Below, piece after piece: positions 12,947-27,586 of a DNA stretch of 64,000 nt. The translations under genes and the position numbers were made by a program. Each line of letters begins with the position of its first letter. The first letter of the stretch is position 1. The stretch comes from Octopus vulgaris (taxonomy: Eukaryota), in NCBI GenBank assembly GCA_951406725.2, contig OX597825.1:59272001-59336000 (forward strand), written 5' to 3'. The notes below the pieces were generated by a model. The model made no database searches, had not been told where the DNA came from, and was given only the letters and a program-made list of their open reading frames with translations.

Positions 12947-13952
12947 CACACACACACATACACACACAGAGGTATGTAGGTATGTATGATGAAGATGATG
13001 ATAATGATGGCAATAATAATGATGTTGATAACTATGATGATGATGATAGTGATAATGATGATGATGATGATGATGATAATGGCAGTGATGTTGTTTTTAT
13101 CTTCTTTCTCTTCAACCCTTTTAAGTCAGCCAACTGTGCAATGAAGTGCAGAATGACTGCAGTTCAACCAGAACATCATCGCCGGTTCTCTACTCTGTTG
13201 CTATGGTGATTGTTGTGATCAGGTAGACACAACTAACTCACAGAATCATACGTAGACAAAACATGGAGGATCATAGTAACGATGACAACAACGACAACAA
13301 CAACAACAACAACCATTGATTAATGATGATGTAGCTTGATGATGATGATGATGATGATGATGAAAATGATAATGATGCTTGATAATGCTGTTGGTGATGA
13401 TGTTTATATGACTGATGATTACACATAATAAACATCTTTTATCTTATTTTTTTTTACTTGTTTCAATTATCAGACTGAGGCCATGCTGGGGCAACACTTG
13501 AAGACTTTTTTAGCTAACTCAAGTATGTCCTTTTATTCTTTTACTTTTTTTCAGTCATTTGATTATGGCCATGCTGGAGCACCGCCTTAAAGGGTTTTAG
13601 TCAAACAAACCAAGGTGTTATCCAAGGGAAAAGGCAAAGGCCAATAGAGCTTGGCACCAGTGACATTGCAACTAATTTCTACAGCTGAATGAACTGGAGC
13701 ACCGTGGAATAAAGTGTCTTGCTCAAGAACACAACCCAGCCTGGTCCAGGAGTTGAACTCACTACATCATGATTATGACCCTGACACTCTAACTACTGAG
13801 CCATGTGCCTTCACACACAGACACACACACAGACACACACATACACACACACACACACACACATACATATATATACACACATGATATAATCTCTATGTAT
13901 ATATAATGAATAAATTGCAAGTGAAAAATGTACACCATCTCATATATATATA

Positions 13953-14253
13953 CGAGGTCAGATCAATAAGTATCCGGATTGTTGCTATAGTAACGAAACT
14001 AAAGTACACAGAGTGAAGCTGTTTGGCACAGACTGACTTTGAACTCTGCTGTGCATGTGCACTACGTTTTAGCATTCTAGCTCACTTTCACTGTTTACAG
14101 CAGTGCTTGGAAGGAAGGTGTGTAGTGTGTGATCCTTCCAAGAATGTTGAAACTTAGTGCGCATGCAGATGAATCTGTGCCAAGCGGCTTCACTCCGCAT
14201 ACTTTAGCTCCGTTACTATAGTGACAGTCTGGATACTTATTGATCAGACCTCA
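13953..14253. mobile_element. Mariner-type MITE (fold-back), TA-flanked
   Basis: TA|CGAGGTCAGATCAATAAGTATCCGGA ... TCTGGATACTTATTGATCAGACCTCA|TA; imperfect inverted repeat extends over 100 bp inward. Confidence 0.85.
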
Positions 14254-14546
14254 TATATATGCGTATATATATATAGATAAAACTTACTTGGATAAGGATG
14301 TGTGTCATTCGGTCATATAATAATATAAATAATATATAAATATATGCATATATACAAATATGTACATACCTACATATATATGTAAGTATATAAGACATCA
14401 AAAAAACGTTGAACACAATGAGAAACGTAAACATAAAAACAAAAACAGAAAACAAACTTTTTTTTGAACAACGCAAAAAACAGAGAAATGAGACATGTAT
14501 ATATTGTATATATGTATATTTATATATATGTATGTATATATATATG

Positions 14547-14677
<131 letters not shown>

Positions 14678-15391
14678 AGAGTACTTTCGATGCATGTCTG
14701 GTGAAGTGTCAGTCACTAATGTAATCAGCCGCAAATATTGTGTAACTTTTCACATAGAATTATCTACATGCATACATGCACTGACATCAAAAGTGGACGT
14801 TAAATGATAATGATGATGATGATGATGAATTGTAATTTATAAAAAAATGAGCTAAATTCATTCTTTGTCTACATCCTGGGATTACATATATATGTACATA
14901 TACATACATGCATACATATGTGTGTGTGTGTGCACGCATGTGCACATGCATGTTTGTGTAAGTGCATGTATGTGTGTGTGTTTGTGTGTACATATATATG
15001 TTTATATATGCATGTATAGACATATACATATATATATATATATATATATATGTAAATATTTCGTTTTGGGATTTGGTTTGCAAGAGAGTCAAAACTATTG
15101 AAAAGGTTGCAAGACTCAACAAAAAGTTTAGAAAAGTAAAAATAAGAAAAAAGTGGAAATTTTACCGGTGTGTGTGTTATATTATAAGGCACAAAAAGAA
15201 AATGACTCTCCCCAGACACAACAGAATATATGTAAATATTTATCGATTTATATAATAAAGTTATCTATCTCTCTATCTGTGTGTGTGTTTATATGTGTGT
15301 GTCTGTGTGTGTGTTTGTGTGTGTATATATATATATAACCCGTGCTAGCGCGGAAAACGGATGTTAAACGATGATGATGATGATGATGATG

Positions 15392-15425
<34 letters not shown>

Positions 15426-15532
15426 ATGTATATGCATGTATCTACATATACATATGTATATCTATATGTAAATATTTATCTATCTATCCATCTATCTGTG
15501 TGTGTGTATGTATATTTGTAAGTATATGTATG

Positions 15533-15584
<52 letters not shown>

Positions 15585-15766
15585 TGCATATATATATATT
15601 TGCTTGTATATATATATATATATATAAACAGAAGAAGAGAAAAGAAATCAAAATGAAAAATCTTGAAATTCAGGTTATTACAATAGTCTTGTCCTATATC
15701 TTGGTGGAAAATCTCCCAGGAATGTTTTTGTTTTTTATTTTCGTGCCGTCATGTTAACTCTCCATT

Positions 15767-16097
15767 TTACATTAAGCTATCTGAGAGAGAAGAGTTATTA
15801 TGTTAAGGAGTTTTTGCGTTGCTGTTATTCTGTTGTTGTTGTAGTTGTTGTTAATATTATTGCTTTTGTTGTTGTTGCTTTATCAATAAATTCCATTAGT
15901 GATGCCGTGTTCAGACAAATTTAACTTTTTATTTTTTTATTTTTTTTTTATTTTTACACCTAAAATATGGTTTGTTTTCGTCTAAAATATAGTTGCGTTG
16001 GAAGTGAAATATGTCAAAACTGACACTAACCATTCTCTGTAGGGAATTTAATAATGGATAGCATCTCCTTGTTTAAAGGTGCTAGACGAGACTTCGT
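15767..16097 (-). CDS. Candidate last two coding exons of an unidentified gene (16031-16097 and 15767-15780)
   Basis: cag|TKSRLAPLNKEMLSIIKFPTEN-G|gttagt, 250-nt intron, ctcttctctctcag|AT AGC TTA ATG TAA joins in frame (…ENDSLM*); AATAAA ~30 nt downstream. No homology recognised. Confidence 0.25.
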
Positions 16098-16103
16098 CTG
16101 TTT

Positions 16104-16138
<35 letters not shown>

Positions 16139-16429
16139 AAGGGCATTGGTTTAAAGTGGTGAGAAAGTGTGGGTATGTACATTTGCATGCGTGTATGTGT
16201 GAGTGTTCGGGTGTAAATGTGTGAATGAAAGAAGTGTGAAGGACATTGGGAAACATTTGAGGAAGTATAATGCATACAGGAGTATGTATGAGTAAGATTA
16301 AGCTGATGTACATGTGTTCATGTATGCGGGATACCCAAACACAGAGACACACAGACACAGACACATAGACCACATAGACACACACAGACACACACAAACA
16401 CACACACGCATAGAGAAAGAGAGAGAGGA

Positions 16430-16432
16430 GAT

Positions 16433-16491
<59 letters not shown>

Positions 16492-16506
16492 GATAGATAG
16501 ACAGAC

Positions 16507-16556
<50 letters not shown>

Positions 16557-16601
16557 GCAAAGAGATACAGATAGATAGATAGATAGATAGATAGATGGAT
16601 G

Positions 16602-16668
<67 letters not shown>

Positions 16669-16669
16669 C

Positions 16670-16710
<41 letters not shown>

Positions 16711-16733
16711 GATAGATAGATAGATAGATAGAT
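16430..16733. repeat. (AGAT)n tetranucleotide microsatellite
   Basis: Directly visible. Confidence 0.95.
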
Positions 16734-17242
16734 GTGTGTGTATGTGTGTGCATATATATATATTAAATGAAAAATGAGATAAGTAAAAATAACTCAGAAT
16801 GGAGTGTGACATGTATTTGAACAACAGTGAAAATTAAGGTTATCTAACATAACACACAAGATAAATTCTTGATTTATTGAAATCACTTCCAGTTCCAGAG
16901 AGGGTAAGATCAATCACTTGGTAGCAATTGATACCGAATCAAAGTGTGAAGGGGAAATAATTTCAATAATTCTCCAAGAATTCTCCAAATTTGGCATGTC
17001 ACTAGGGAACAAAACAGTTTGATTGTCAGAATACAAGAGGACACATGTTTCTGCCTCTGTAGGTGTCATCAGCACAGCAGTTCTTTTATTTTATCTCTTA
17101 AGCACTTAAGCATATAAAAACAAATAGTACTCCGATTTACATAAATGAAAAGAAAATAAGCTAAATAAACTCAGAATGGCCAGTGAGGTGTATTTGGACA
17201 AAGAGAAATATTTGTATATTAAATGATATATACAAAATATAT

Positions 17243-17775
17243 TTTTTACTTGTTGCAGCTACTGGACTGTGGCCATGCTGGAACATCACCTTGAAGTGTT
17301 CAGTCAAACAAATCAACTTTATTATTTTTTAAGCCTTGTACTTATTCAATTGGCCCCTTGTTTCTTTGTTGCCAAACCTCCAAGTTATGGGGATGTAAAC
17401 AAACCAACAACAGTTGTCAAACAGTGGTGGATGACAGACACAAAGACCCATACACAGATACACTCACACACACCTTCACACACACATACATATTCATGCA
17501 CACACACACACATACATGCACACACCCTCACACACACATACATGCACACACATACATGCACACATACATGCACACACATACATGCACACACACACACACA
17601 CATACATACACACATACATGCACACACTCATGCACACACATATGATGGGCTTCTTTCAGTTTCCATTCACCAAATTCACTCAAAAGGCTTTCAAGAAGAC
17701 ACTTGTCCAAGGTTCCAAGCAGTGGGACTGAACTCAAAACCATGTGGTTGGGAAGCAAACTTCTTACCACACAAT
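17243..17775 (-). mobile_element. Family A SINE, decayed, with expanded (CA)-rich centre
   Basis: Reverse-complement similarity to 6864-7272. Confidence 0.8.
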
Positions 17776-18137
17776 CTTTCCTTTGCCTTGATTGAAATGA
17801 TCTTTGCGTCCAGAGAGGGTAGACCAATCACTTGGTGGCATCTGAGATTAACTCCAAATGAGAAGGGAGAGGTAATCTAATGATTCAAGAAAAACTACAG
17901 CAGTGAATTTATGGGGCAAGATTTTTGAGCAAGTGTACTTACCAGACTTTGGCTAATTTGATAATTGCATTTGCAGGAAACTCTTAGCTCATGATTCACT
18001 CTGGTAGTTTCTCGGCTCTAATAAAATAATGTAAGCACTCAATTCAGTGTACTGAAGTCCGTGTCTCCTGTTTGTATTTCCAGTTCCATATAAGAATGTG
18101 TGTGTGTGTGTGTATGTTGCATGTGCGTGTCAAGGTG

Positions 18138-18536
<399 letters not shown>

Positions 18537-19570
18537 GGTTTTCTGTGCACAAAACCAGCAATATTTAGAAGAGGTAAGTTAATGAATACCATTGACCCCA
18601 GTACTTGACTGGTACTTTAATTTATCAACCCTGGAAAGATGAAAGACAAAGTTGACCTTGGCAGGATTTGAACTCTGAATTTGAAGAACAAGAAGAAATA
18701 CTGTGTGACTTTTAGTCTGTGACCTGGCCAGCCCACCACTTTATTGATCTTTACATAATCTACCATCATTTCTGAAAGTACCAAACTGAAACCAGATTTG
18801 GTTAGATATATGGTAGATGCTATACATCTTCTGAATTAAAACCATTGCCGGTGGTGAAAGAATGAGTATCAATCATTACCGGGATCATGTCACATTGTGT
18901 GAATAATAGAGACAATACAGCCATGCAAAGAAGTGCTGATCTTGAGCTGTGGAAGGAACCTCTGGAAGAGGTAGACCCAGGAAGATGTGGGATGAAGTGG
19001 TGAAGTATGATCTTCAGATGTGTGTCTCATGGGGTCGATGACAAGTGACTGAGACTTTTGATGATTTGCTGTGCTTGAGAAGACACGTCATGCTAAGTGA
19101 AATCATGGTTGTGGCCAGTGCCAATGACATTTAAAAGGCACCCATGCCAGTGAAACAGAAAAGGCACCCACTACGCTCTGTGGAGTGGTTGGTATTTAGA
19201 AAGGTAGTCATAGAAACGAAGCCAAAACAGACTGGAGCCTGCTGTAGTTCTCTGGTTTACTGGCTCCAGTCAAAGCATCTTACTCATTCTAGCATAGAAA
19301 ATGGATGCTAAATGATGATGATGATGATATAAGTCAATGGAGGAGCCTCTGCGTGATTCATGCTAGAAATAACAGTCAAAACTATTTTAAATAACACTCT
19401 TGCTGTCTTAAAATGGAAAATGATGGTACATTAAATTGTGTCATAGATAGCCTTAAAAAGATATGATGGCCCCAGCTGGAGTACCTTTGATCATTAATTT
19501 GCCCAATCAGAATTGACCCAGAACTAAACAACGAGAATGAATTGTAATTATTACATCATTAAGGGTGTGT

Positions 19571-20020
19571 AAGGCAGCAAGCTGGTAGAAATGTTAGCAT
19601 GTTGGGCGAAATGCTTAGCAGTATTTCGTTTGTCTTTATATTCTGACTTCAAATTCCGCCGAGGTCGACTTTGCCTTTCATCCTTTTGGGGTCAATAAAT
19701 TAACTACCAGTTGTGTGCTGGAGTTGATCTAATCGACTGGCCCTCTCCCCCAAAATTTCAGGTCTTGTGCTTAGTGTCAAAAAGTATATCATTAAGGTTG
19801 TGAGCTGACAAAATCCTTAATGCATCAGATGAAATGCTAAGTGGCATTTCTTCTAGCTCTACATTCTGAGTTCACATCTCACCCTCACCCTGGTGAACTT
19901 TGCCTTTCATCCTTTCAGGACCATTAAAATAAGTACCAATTGAGCACTTGTGTTGTTGTAATTGACTAGCCTCTCTCTCTCTGAATATTGTCAGACCTTT
20001 AGCCTATAGTAGAAAGAATT
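19571..20020 (+). mobile_element. Two adjacent or nested family B SINEs
   Basis: The first copy is flanked by ATCATTAAGG(G/T)TGTG direct repeats; the second continues from the downstream repeat. Confidence 0.75.
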
Positions 20021-22490
20021 ATAAATATCATTAAATATTGTGGCTCAGAGTTAGGTTGTCCTATAGTGCTGGTACTAACATGTTTGTGTCTATCCATATA
20101 TATATTACTGTATCAACCCAGACTATTCGATGTTGTTATACATCACTGGTCACAGTGTGTTTCCTTGTATTGCAGTAGCTTTCAAATGATGCCACTCCAC
20201 TGGCTAGGCAGGCCAATGTTCTCCCTGGATAAGACGCTAGTCCTTTTTAGGGTTATCCATTTACAACTGAGTAGACAGGAGCAGCATGAAAGGCAAAGCT
20301 GACCTTCGTGGGATTTGAACTTGGAATGTAAACAAGCAAAACAAATAGAGCATATCATTTATCCTGAATGTCCCCATTGATTTTTCCAACCTGCTGCCTT
20401 CTAATAAACTAACAATAATCCTTACTACTATAAGAACAAGGCCCGCAATTTTGGGGGAGTGGAATAGTTGATTACATTGATCCAGTCCTCAACTGGTCCT
20501 TATTTCATTGACCTCAAAAGGACGAAAGGCAAAGTCGACCTTTGCAGAAGTTGTACTCAGAATGTAAAGATGGACAAAATACCACTGAGCATTTTGTCCA
20601 GTGTGCTAACAATTCTTCCAGCTAACTGCCTTATAAATAAATCAATGGTGCTAATGGTTTCTAATTTAGGCATATTGCCTGCGATTTTTGTGGGGAGGGA
20701 AAGGTTTAATTGCATTCACCTTAGTTAATAACTGATATTGTATTTTATCAACTCCAGAGAGATGAAAGGCAAAGTGGCTTGGCAGGGTTTGATCTCAATT
20801 TAAAAAGTTGCAACAAATACTTGCAAAGCACTGGCTTATCTGTGAGGCAAGAAGCTTGCTTCTCTCATAATGGCTTTCTTGTAAGAGGTTTATTGCCTCC
20901 TTTATGTTTTGTTATGTAAGAGGTTTGTTGCCTCAAATATGGTATTTATAAAGAACAATGTGCTCGGGTAAACAGCAATCCTCGGGTGTTGTTGCTGCCC
21001 TTATTATTATCATCTCATTATGTCCATGTCCAGCCTGCAGCCTTCTAATAAACTAACAATAATCCTTACTACTATAAGGCCAATTGAATGAATAAAAGAA
21101 GTTTGCTTTTCATTTGCTTCCCAACCACATGATTCCAGCTTCAATTCTTCTGTGTGACACTTTGGGCAAGTGCCTTCAATTATAACCTCAGGCTGACCAA
21201 AGCCTTGTGAGTGTATTTGGTACACAGAAACTGAAAGAAGCCTGTCATATATATGTATGTGTGTGTCTTTGTTTCTGAGGATGGCTTCCACCCCTGCTTG
21301 ACAACCAGCATTGTTGTGTTTATGTCCCCATAACTTAGTTGTTTGGCCTACGACGCCAATAGAACAAGTACCAGGCTTAAAAAAAAAAGTACTGGAGTCG
21401 ATTCCTTTGACCAAGGCAGTGCCCCAGCTGGCCATATGAGCACAAGGCCTGAAATTCAAAAATAGGGAAAGAACTCTTTGATTATATTGCTCTCAGTCTC
21501 CTATTCTGGTACTTAATTTAATCAACTCTAGAAGAATAAAATGCAAAGCTGACTTTGATATAATTTGAACTGAGAATGCAAGGAACTAGAACACACATCA
21601 CATATTATTCAGTCTGACAATCTAATGCTTCTGCCCTCTACACTCCAATGCATCCACCACCAATAATAAAAAAAATATCATGTCGCTCATTAAAACTCAT
21701 CTTGCTGATTTTGAGATAGAAAACCACTGTTTTGCCGAGTCTATCTTCTGCATTCATTGAATTCCAGAAGCGATGGTATTTTTAAATTCTCTACAATGTA
21801 CTGGTAAGACATTAGTGGTTCAATGCAACAGATGAAATTATCTTGTTGTCCCTGTTTTGTTTATCTTTCTGTGTTTTTTTTTATATATATATTTACATAT
21901 ACCGATGTCAGTCGTTTTTCTTTTTTCTTTTACTCTTGACAAGTACATGTTGATATTGGAATTGGTCCAAAATTCTGCCAAACTTTAATGTATTTTTCTC
22001 TCTATTTCTCTATCTATCTTGATTTATTATTTTTTTTGTTGATTAGTTTAGTTTTTTATATTATACCAGTTTTTATGATATACATATTTTGTATAGTTTA
22101 TGTGTATTTTTGTTATAGTTTTAAATAGTTTTATATTGATAATATACATGTAGTTGAACATGTATATTCATATATCTTTACATGGCTTATCGCATTTAGT
22201 TCATATCTATTATATATGTTTTACATTACTTTTGTGGTTTCATGTAGCTTCTACCATTCATATTCTTTTATTTTTTTTACATATTTCAGTCATTAGACTG
22301 CAACTGAAACTGCACCCATGCTTGGTGCAGTGTTTTCAAGTGTATATTGATCATACATATTTTATTGAGCCCTGTTTGTTGAACCTCTAAATGGTGGGAT
22401 ATTAGCTGTAAAAAAAAAAACCCAGAAAAGATTCGAATTTATGTAAATGACATGAGAGTACAAACACCATATCTGCCCAGTGCTTCGCTC

Positions 22491-22650
22491 TAGTGGATTC
22501 CCAGACATGTGAATTCTAGCTCTTAAGACTTCCTCAAAGGAAAATACCAATGGAAAATACAGCTTTGAATCTGCCCAAGGGTTATCTCTCTTTGGTGTTT
22601 CCTACTGAAGATTGCTAAAGAGTCAGAAATGCATGTCTGGGAATCTGCTA
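22491..22650. ncRNA. Inverted pair of hammerhead-bearing repeats (better copy at 22599-22643, + strand)
   Basis: TTCCTA-CTGAAGA-TTGCT-aaag-AGTCA-GAAAT-GCAT-GTC-TGGGAA; a more decayed reverse-complement copy lies at about 22498-22545. Confidence 0.65.
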
Positions 22651-23207
22651 AATAGGGGTTAAAGTTCAGATGGCCCTCAAATGCATTGTGTTGCAATAAA
22701 CTGTATTGAAGTCAACACTCAAAGCTAAGGGGGAGATCCTGCATGCACCCATATTAAAAATTAAAAAATAAAATAAAAATACACAAATATGCTCCCATGT
22801 AGCTGTGGGAGCATATTCATACTTCTGTTAATATCCATAACATACAGCCTGTCACTATGGTCTGAGTTCAAATTCCACCAAGGTTGACTTTGCTTTTCAC
22901 CCTTTCAGGGGTTGATAAAATAAGTACCAGTTGAATACCAGGGTCAATGTAATCGACTCATCCCCATCTCCCCCAGGTTTCCCCTGTGGCAAAAATTTTG
23001 AAATAATATACATACTATACAGAGAAAAACATTAGAACACACTCATACAGATGTATGTATGCATAAGTATAAACACATAACTATATAACTATGGGTAGAG
23101 TAACATATGCATATCATATACATACACAATATAAAAAGCTTGTACATACAAATAAATGTACAAACAGAATATATACACATATGTATATATAGAGATATAT
23201 ACATATA

Positions 23208-23251
<44 letters not shown>

Positions 23252-24027
23252 CAAACAGTTCGTTTTTAGTCATTACATGTGATTAAAGAAAATTATTTGC
23301 AATAAAATTGAAGCAAAACAGTATTCATTTTAATATTTAAAAATAAAACTGTTTGAAGATAGTTTACATTAAATTTAGGACTATTCAAAGCACAGTACAA
23401 TATTCAATAATATATATATAAATATATATTACAGAATAATATAATAATATATCAGTTGAATAGATTTTCAACATGGTCTGGTTTTCACAGTTTTTAAATA
23501 AAAAAAAAAATGAAAGCCAAAGCATGTTGTAATGTCATTCAACTGATATATATATATACATAATGACAAACTGCGATCTTTTTTTGTATCAAAAACTATC
23601 AAAGGGTAAAATTTCATTTGATATAAATTAAATAGAAATAAAGGAAAAAAAAACAAAAGAAAAAATTCACATGGAAAATGCAATTAGATTACATCATATT
23701 TATAATTCTATGTGGAAAATAACAATAAATAATAATCCCTTCTACTACAGGCGCAAAGCCTGAAATTTTGGAGGGGAGGGTGTCGGCCGATTACATTGAC
23801 TCTAGTGCTTAAGTGCTACTTATTCTATCGACCTCAGAAGAATGTTGACCTTGGTGGAATTTGAACTCAGAACTAAATGATGCACAAAATGCAGATAAGC
23901 ATTTTATCCAGCATGCTAATGATTCTACCATCTTGTTGCTTAACAACAACAACAGCAACAACAAAAACAACAACAACAACAACAACAACAATGACAATGG
24001 CAACGACAACAACAACAACAACAATTC

Positions 24028-24462
24028 TTTCTTTTATTCTTTTACTTGTTTCGGTCCTTTGACTGTGGCCATACTGGAGTACATCCTTTAGTTGAGAAAA
24101 TCGACCCCAGGATTTACTCTTTGTAAGCCTAGTACTTATTCTATCGGCCTTTTTTGCTGAACTGCTAAGTTAGGGGGACGTAAACACACCCAGCATTGGT
24201 TGTCAAGTGATGATGGTGGGGTGGACAAACACAGACACACAAACATATACACACACATACATATATACTTATATATATATATATACATATATACAACGGG
24301 CTTCTTTCAGATTCCGTCTACCAAATCCACTCACAAGATTTTGGTCGGCCCAAGGCTATAGTAAAAGACACTTGCCCAAGGTGCCACGCAGTGGGAATGA
24401 ACCCGGAACAATGTGGTTGGTAAGCAAGCAAACTACTTACCACACAGCCACTCTGCACCTAT
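24028..24462 (-). mobile_element. Family A SINE, near full length
   Basis: Reverse-complement similarity to 6864-7272. Confidence 0.9.
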
Positions 24463-25388
24463 AGGCACCAGGCCTGAAATTTTTTTTTGTTGGGGTTCTA
24501 ATTAATTACATTCAGCCCTAGTGTTTAACTGTGGTGGTGCATGGCTTAGGGATTAGGGTGTTGGACTCATGATTGTAAGATTGTGGTTTCAATACCTGAA
24601 CTGGAATTATGTTCTTGAGCAAAACACTTCATTTTACGTTGCTCCAGTCCACTCAGCTGACAAAGATGAGTAATCCTGCGATGGATTGGCATCTCATCCA
24701 GGTGGGGAATATATATGTCAGGGAAACCAGGAAACCAGGAAACCAGCTCTTGTGAGTTAGCATGACTCAAAAAGGTAACTTCTTACAGTGCTCAACTGGT
24801 ACTTATTTCATCAACCTCAAAAGGACGAAAGGCAAAGTGGACCCAATGAAATTTGAACTCAGAACATAAAGACAAATGAAATGCTACTTAGCATTTTGCC
24901 CAGCATGCTAGCGATTCTGCATCTAAGAAGATGATGGATGGTAGAATTAGAAGAGTATTGAAAACATAAATTGGTAATATTTAGTTACATTTGTTTAGAT
25001 TCTCAGCTCAAATCATCTCTCTATGGCTGTGTTTATTTATTATCCTTCTAAGACTAATTAAAAAAAGGGAAAGACCAGTCAAGTACTGGGATCAATGAAA
25101 TTAACTAATTTGTAATTGATTTGTCCCTCCCTTGAAATTGCTGGCCTTGTGCCAAAATTTGAAACCAATTAAATGAGCCAGTCCTTTCCTCCATATTTTT
25201 ACAACCTTGTGCTAAAGCTAAAATATCTCAGCTTGTGGCTTACGATTGGCAGTAGGAACAGTAGATCATTGAATGCATTAAATCATTTATTTAAATCCAT
25301 GTCATTGGTTCATTTGAATCACTCCCATTACTTCATTCTATTATATTTCCAACTATGAACATATTCAAATCTATATAAAGAGGCCATT

Positions 25389-25621
25389 AAGGTGGCGAGC
25401 TGGCAGAAACGTTAGCACGCCGGGCGAAATTCGTAGCCGTATTTCGTCTGTCGTTACATTCCGAGTTCAAATTCCGCCGAGGTCGACTTTGCCTTTCATC
25501 CTTTCAGGGTCGATAAATTAAGTACCAGTTACGCACTGGGGTCGATGTAGTCGACTTAATCCCTTTGTCTGTCCTTGTTTGTCCCCTCTGTGTTTAGCCC
25601 CTTGTGGGTAGTAAAGAAATA
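25389..25621 (+). mobile_element. Young full-length family B (Nin-domain) SINE with 17-bp TSD
   Basis: TATATAAAGAGGCCATT at 25372-25388 and 25622-25638; GAGTTCAAATTCC B box; GCCTTTCATCCTTTCAGGGTCGATAAATTAAGTACCA Nin-like block; CpGs intact. Confidence 0.92.
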
Positions 25622-25675
25622 TATATAAAGAGGCCATTCTATACTTGAGAAGCAATCCATTTATTTACTGCTTAC

Positions 25676-25900
25676 TTCCAGATATTTTCACCAGGTTTCA
25701 TAATCTCAGCATATCTCAAATGTATTCTTGATAGCCTTTTGCCTTCAGAATTGGCTTCTCGCCAGTATGGAATTACCTCCCTATGGACTGTTCCACATTT
25801 TCATCAGAAATGAAAAAAAAACAAAAAAACAAAAAAAAAAACAACAAAATTTGCACTAGCAAACAGAAGTTGATTATGTGATACTTTGTAATATGTACAC
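25676..25900 (-). CDS. Candidate exon of an unidentified gene
   Basis: Acceptor ttttcag|G at 25900 (alternatives at 25787 and 25780), donor AA|gtaagc at 25676. Open frame EVIPYWREANSEGKRLSRIHLRYAEIMKPGENIW in unique sequence. Confidence 0.3.
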
Positions 25901-26220
25901 CTGAAAATTTCCAGTGTTTGATTTGTACCTAATAGTAGTTGTGATAGCAATACTATTATGTTTTTCTGGACAATTAATCATATAATTAGAGGCTACAATT
26001 ACAGTATGTGTGTGTGTGCATGTGTGAATATACACACACACACACACACATGAAAGTCTATGAGGGTTACTTAATACAGTTTTTGAAGTGTAAAGGTGAT
26101 TTAAAAAAAACCCATTTAAAAAAAAATGTTATGAAATCTGTTATCAGGATGTTGCTAACCTTTTTTGGGAAGAAGTTTTTTTCTAGTGTGTGAGTGCTTT
26201 TGTTAAACCTTTTCAAACAC

Positions 26221-26276
<56 letters not shown>

Positions 26277-26441
26277 TTGAGTAGTTGAATGAATTATCTT
26301 ATTATGGATAATTCGGTTAACCGATACCTGGGTAGCAAATTCATGTCAGAAAAACACGGTTGAAGCTACATGCCTAGGGCAGAGATCACGTGCTATCGTG
26401 TGGAAATTTGTGTGTTTTTTTTTAAAACATAAGTTCCTTAC

Positions 26442-26522
26442 TTTTCCTGATGAGAAGGCGGCACAATGCACCCCTTATTCCTTCGAAATTAGGAATATGC
26501 AGCCTTCGAAACATATTGAAAA
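26442..26522 (+). ncRNA. Type-I hammerhead ribozyme in a ~300-bp element (26270-26566) between two (TA)n tracts
   Basis: TTTTC-CTGATGA-GAAGGCgGCA-(loop with a second hairpin)-TGCaGCCTTC-GAAAC-AT-ATT-GAAAA; core intact. The upstream part of the element recurs inverted at 53770-53900. Confidence 0.8.
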
Positions 26523-26564
26523 TAAAATAAATTTTGTTAATTTGTCATTCAACTCCATTCTTTC

Positions 26565-26636
<72 letters not shown>

Positions 26637-26651
26637 GTGTATATATATATG

Positions 26652-26709
<58 letters not shown>

Positions 26710-26916
26710 GATTGATTGATTGATTGATTGATTCTAAACATGCTATGTCACTTCGAAAATAAAATAAAGGAAGGTTCTTGGGAGGATTTCACAGTTAATT
26801 TGATGGCATTCAGTTCGTATTTCTAACTCGATGCCAAGTTCCATTCTTTCATTTCGTCAGCTCAATTGCAGGTGTTTAGTGTCCTCAGGTTCTGTTTCTG
26901 TGAAACTTTTGTATCA

Positions 26917-26977
<61 letters not shown>

Positions 26978-27006
26978 ATATATATGTGTATATATATATG
27001 TATATG

Positions 27007-27086
<80 letters not shown>

Positions 27087-27548
27087 CTAATGGAGAAATT
27101 ATATAAAATGTATAAGTGGATGATGAATAAAGCACCAGCAGAGTTTCAATTACCTGTTATTATCCGTAGATTGCAGGAATTTCATAGTGGTAGTTGAAGT
27201 AACTGTATAAATAAAATAGATAGAAAAATAGATTTTATTTAGTATCACACATATTTCAACCTGTTCTGGGTCTCTTTGGGTACATAAATAAATAAATAAA
27301 AATAAAAAGTCTCACTAGAAATTCGGTTTTATGTATCGCTAAATGTTTGTCAACTTTGGGAATCGGTAAAAAACAGAGAAAAGTTGAAACGTGAAAGAAT
27401 CAATTATGAATGTGAAAATTCTAGTTTAGAGAAAATGATGTAATGAGCCATCACTGTTTTAACGGTTGAGAAAGAAAAGGAAGTAGAAAGGAAGATAATA
27501 CTTAGACAAAAAAGTTTCTTGCATTCTTGCTCATACATACACAGATGC

Positions 27549-27586
<38 letters not shown>

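Noticed and set aside
13128-13225. Possible plus-strand exon QLCNEVQNDCSSTRTSSPVLYSVAMVIVVIR* resembling a GPI-anchor tail
   Set aside because: No partner exons found and the similarity is too weak to support.
17036-17078. Hammerhead-like CTGATGA-CACCT-acag-AGGCA-GAAAC-ATGT-GTC on the minus strand
   Set aside because: The core is present but stem I does not pair and stem II needs two reversions; not counted.
21720-21803. Possible plus-strand exon ending in CTG|GTAAGA
   Set aside because: Weak acceptor, unrecognisable peptide, no supporting neighbours.
27130-27285. Two very decayed hammerhead-like motifs on the minus strand (another near 54777-54830)
   Set aside because: Several core positions are missing; indistinguishable from chance without a family consensus.
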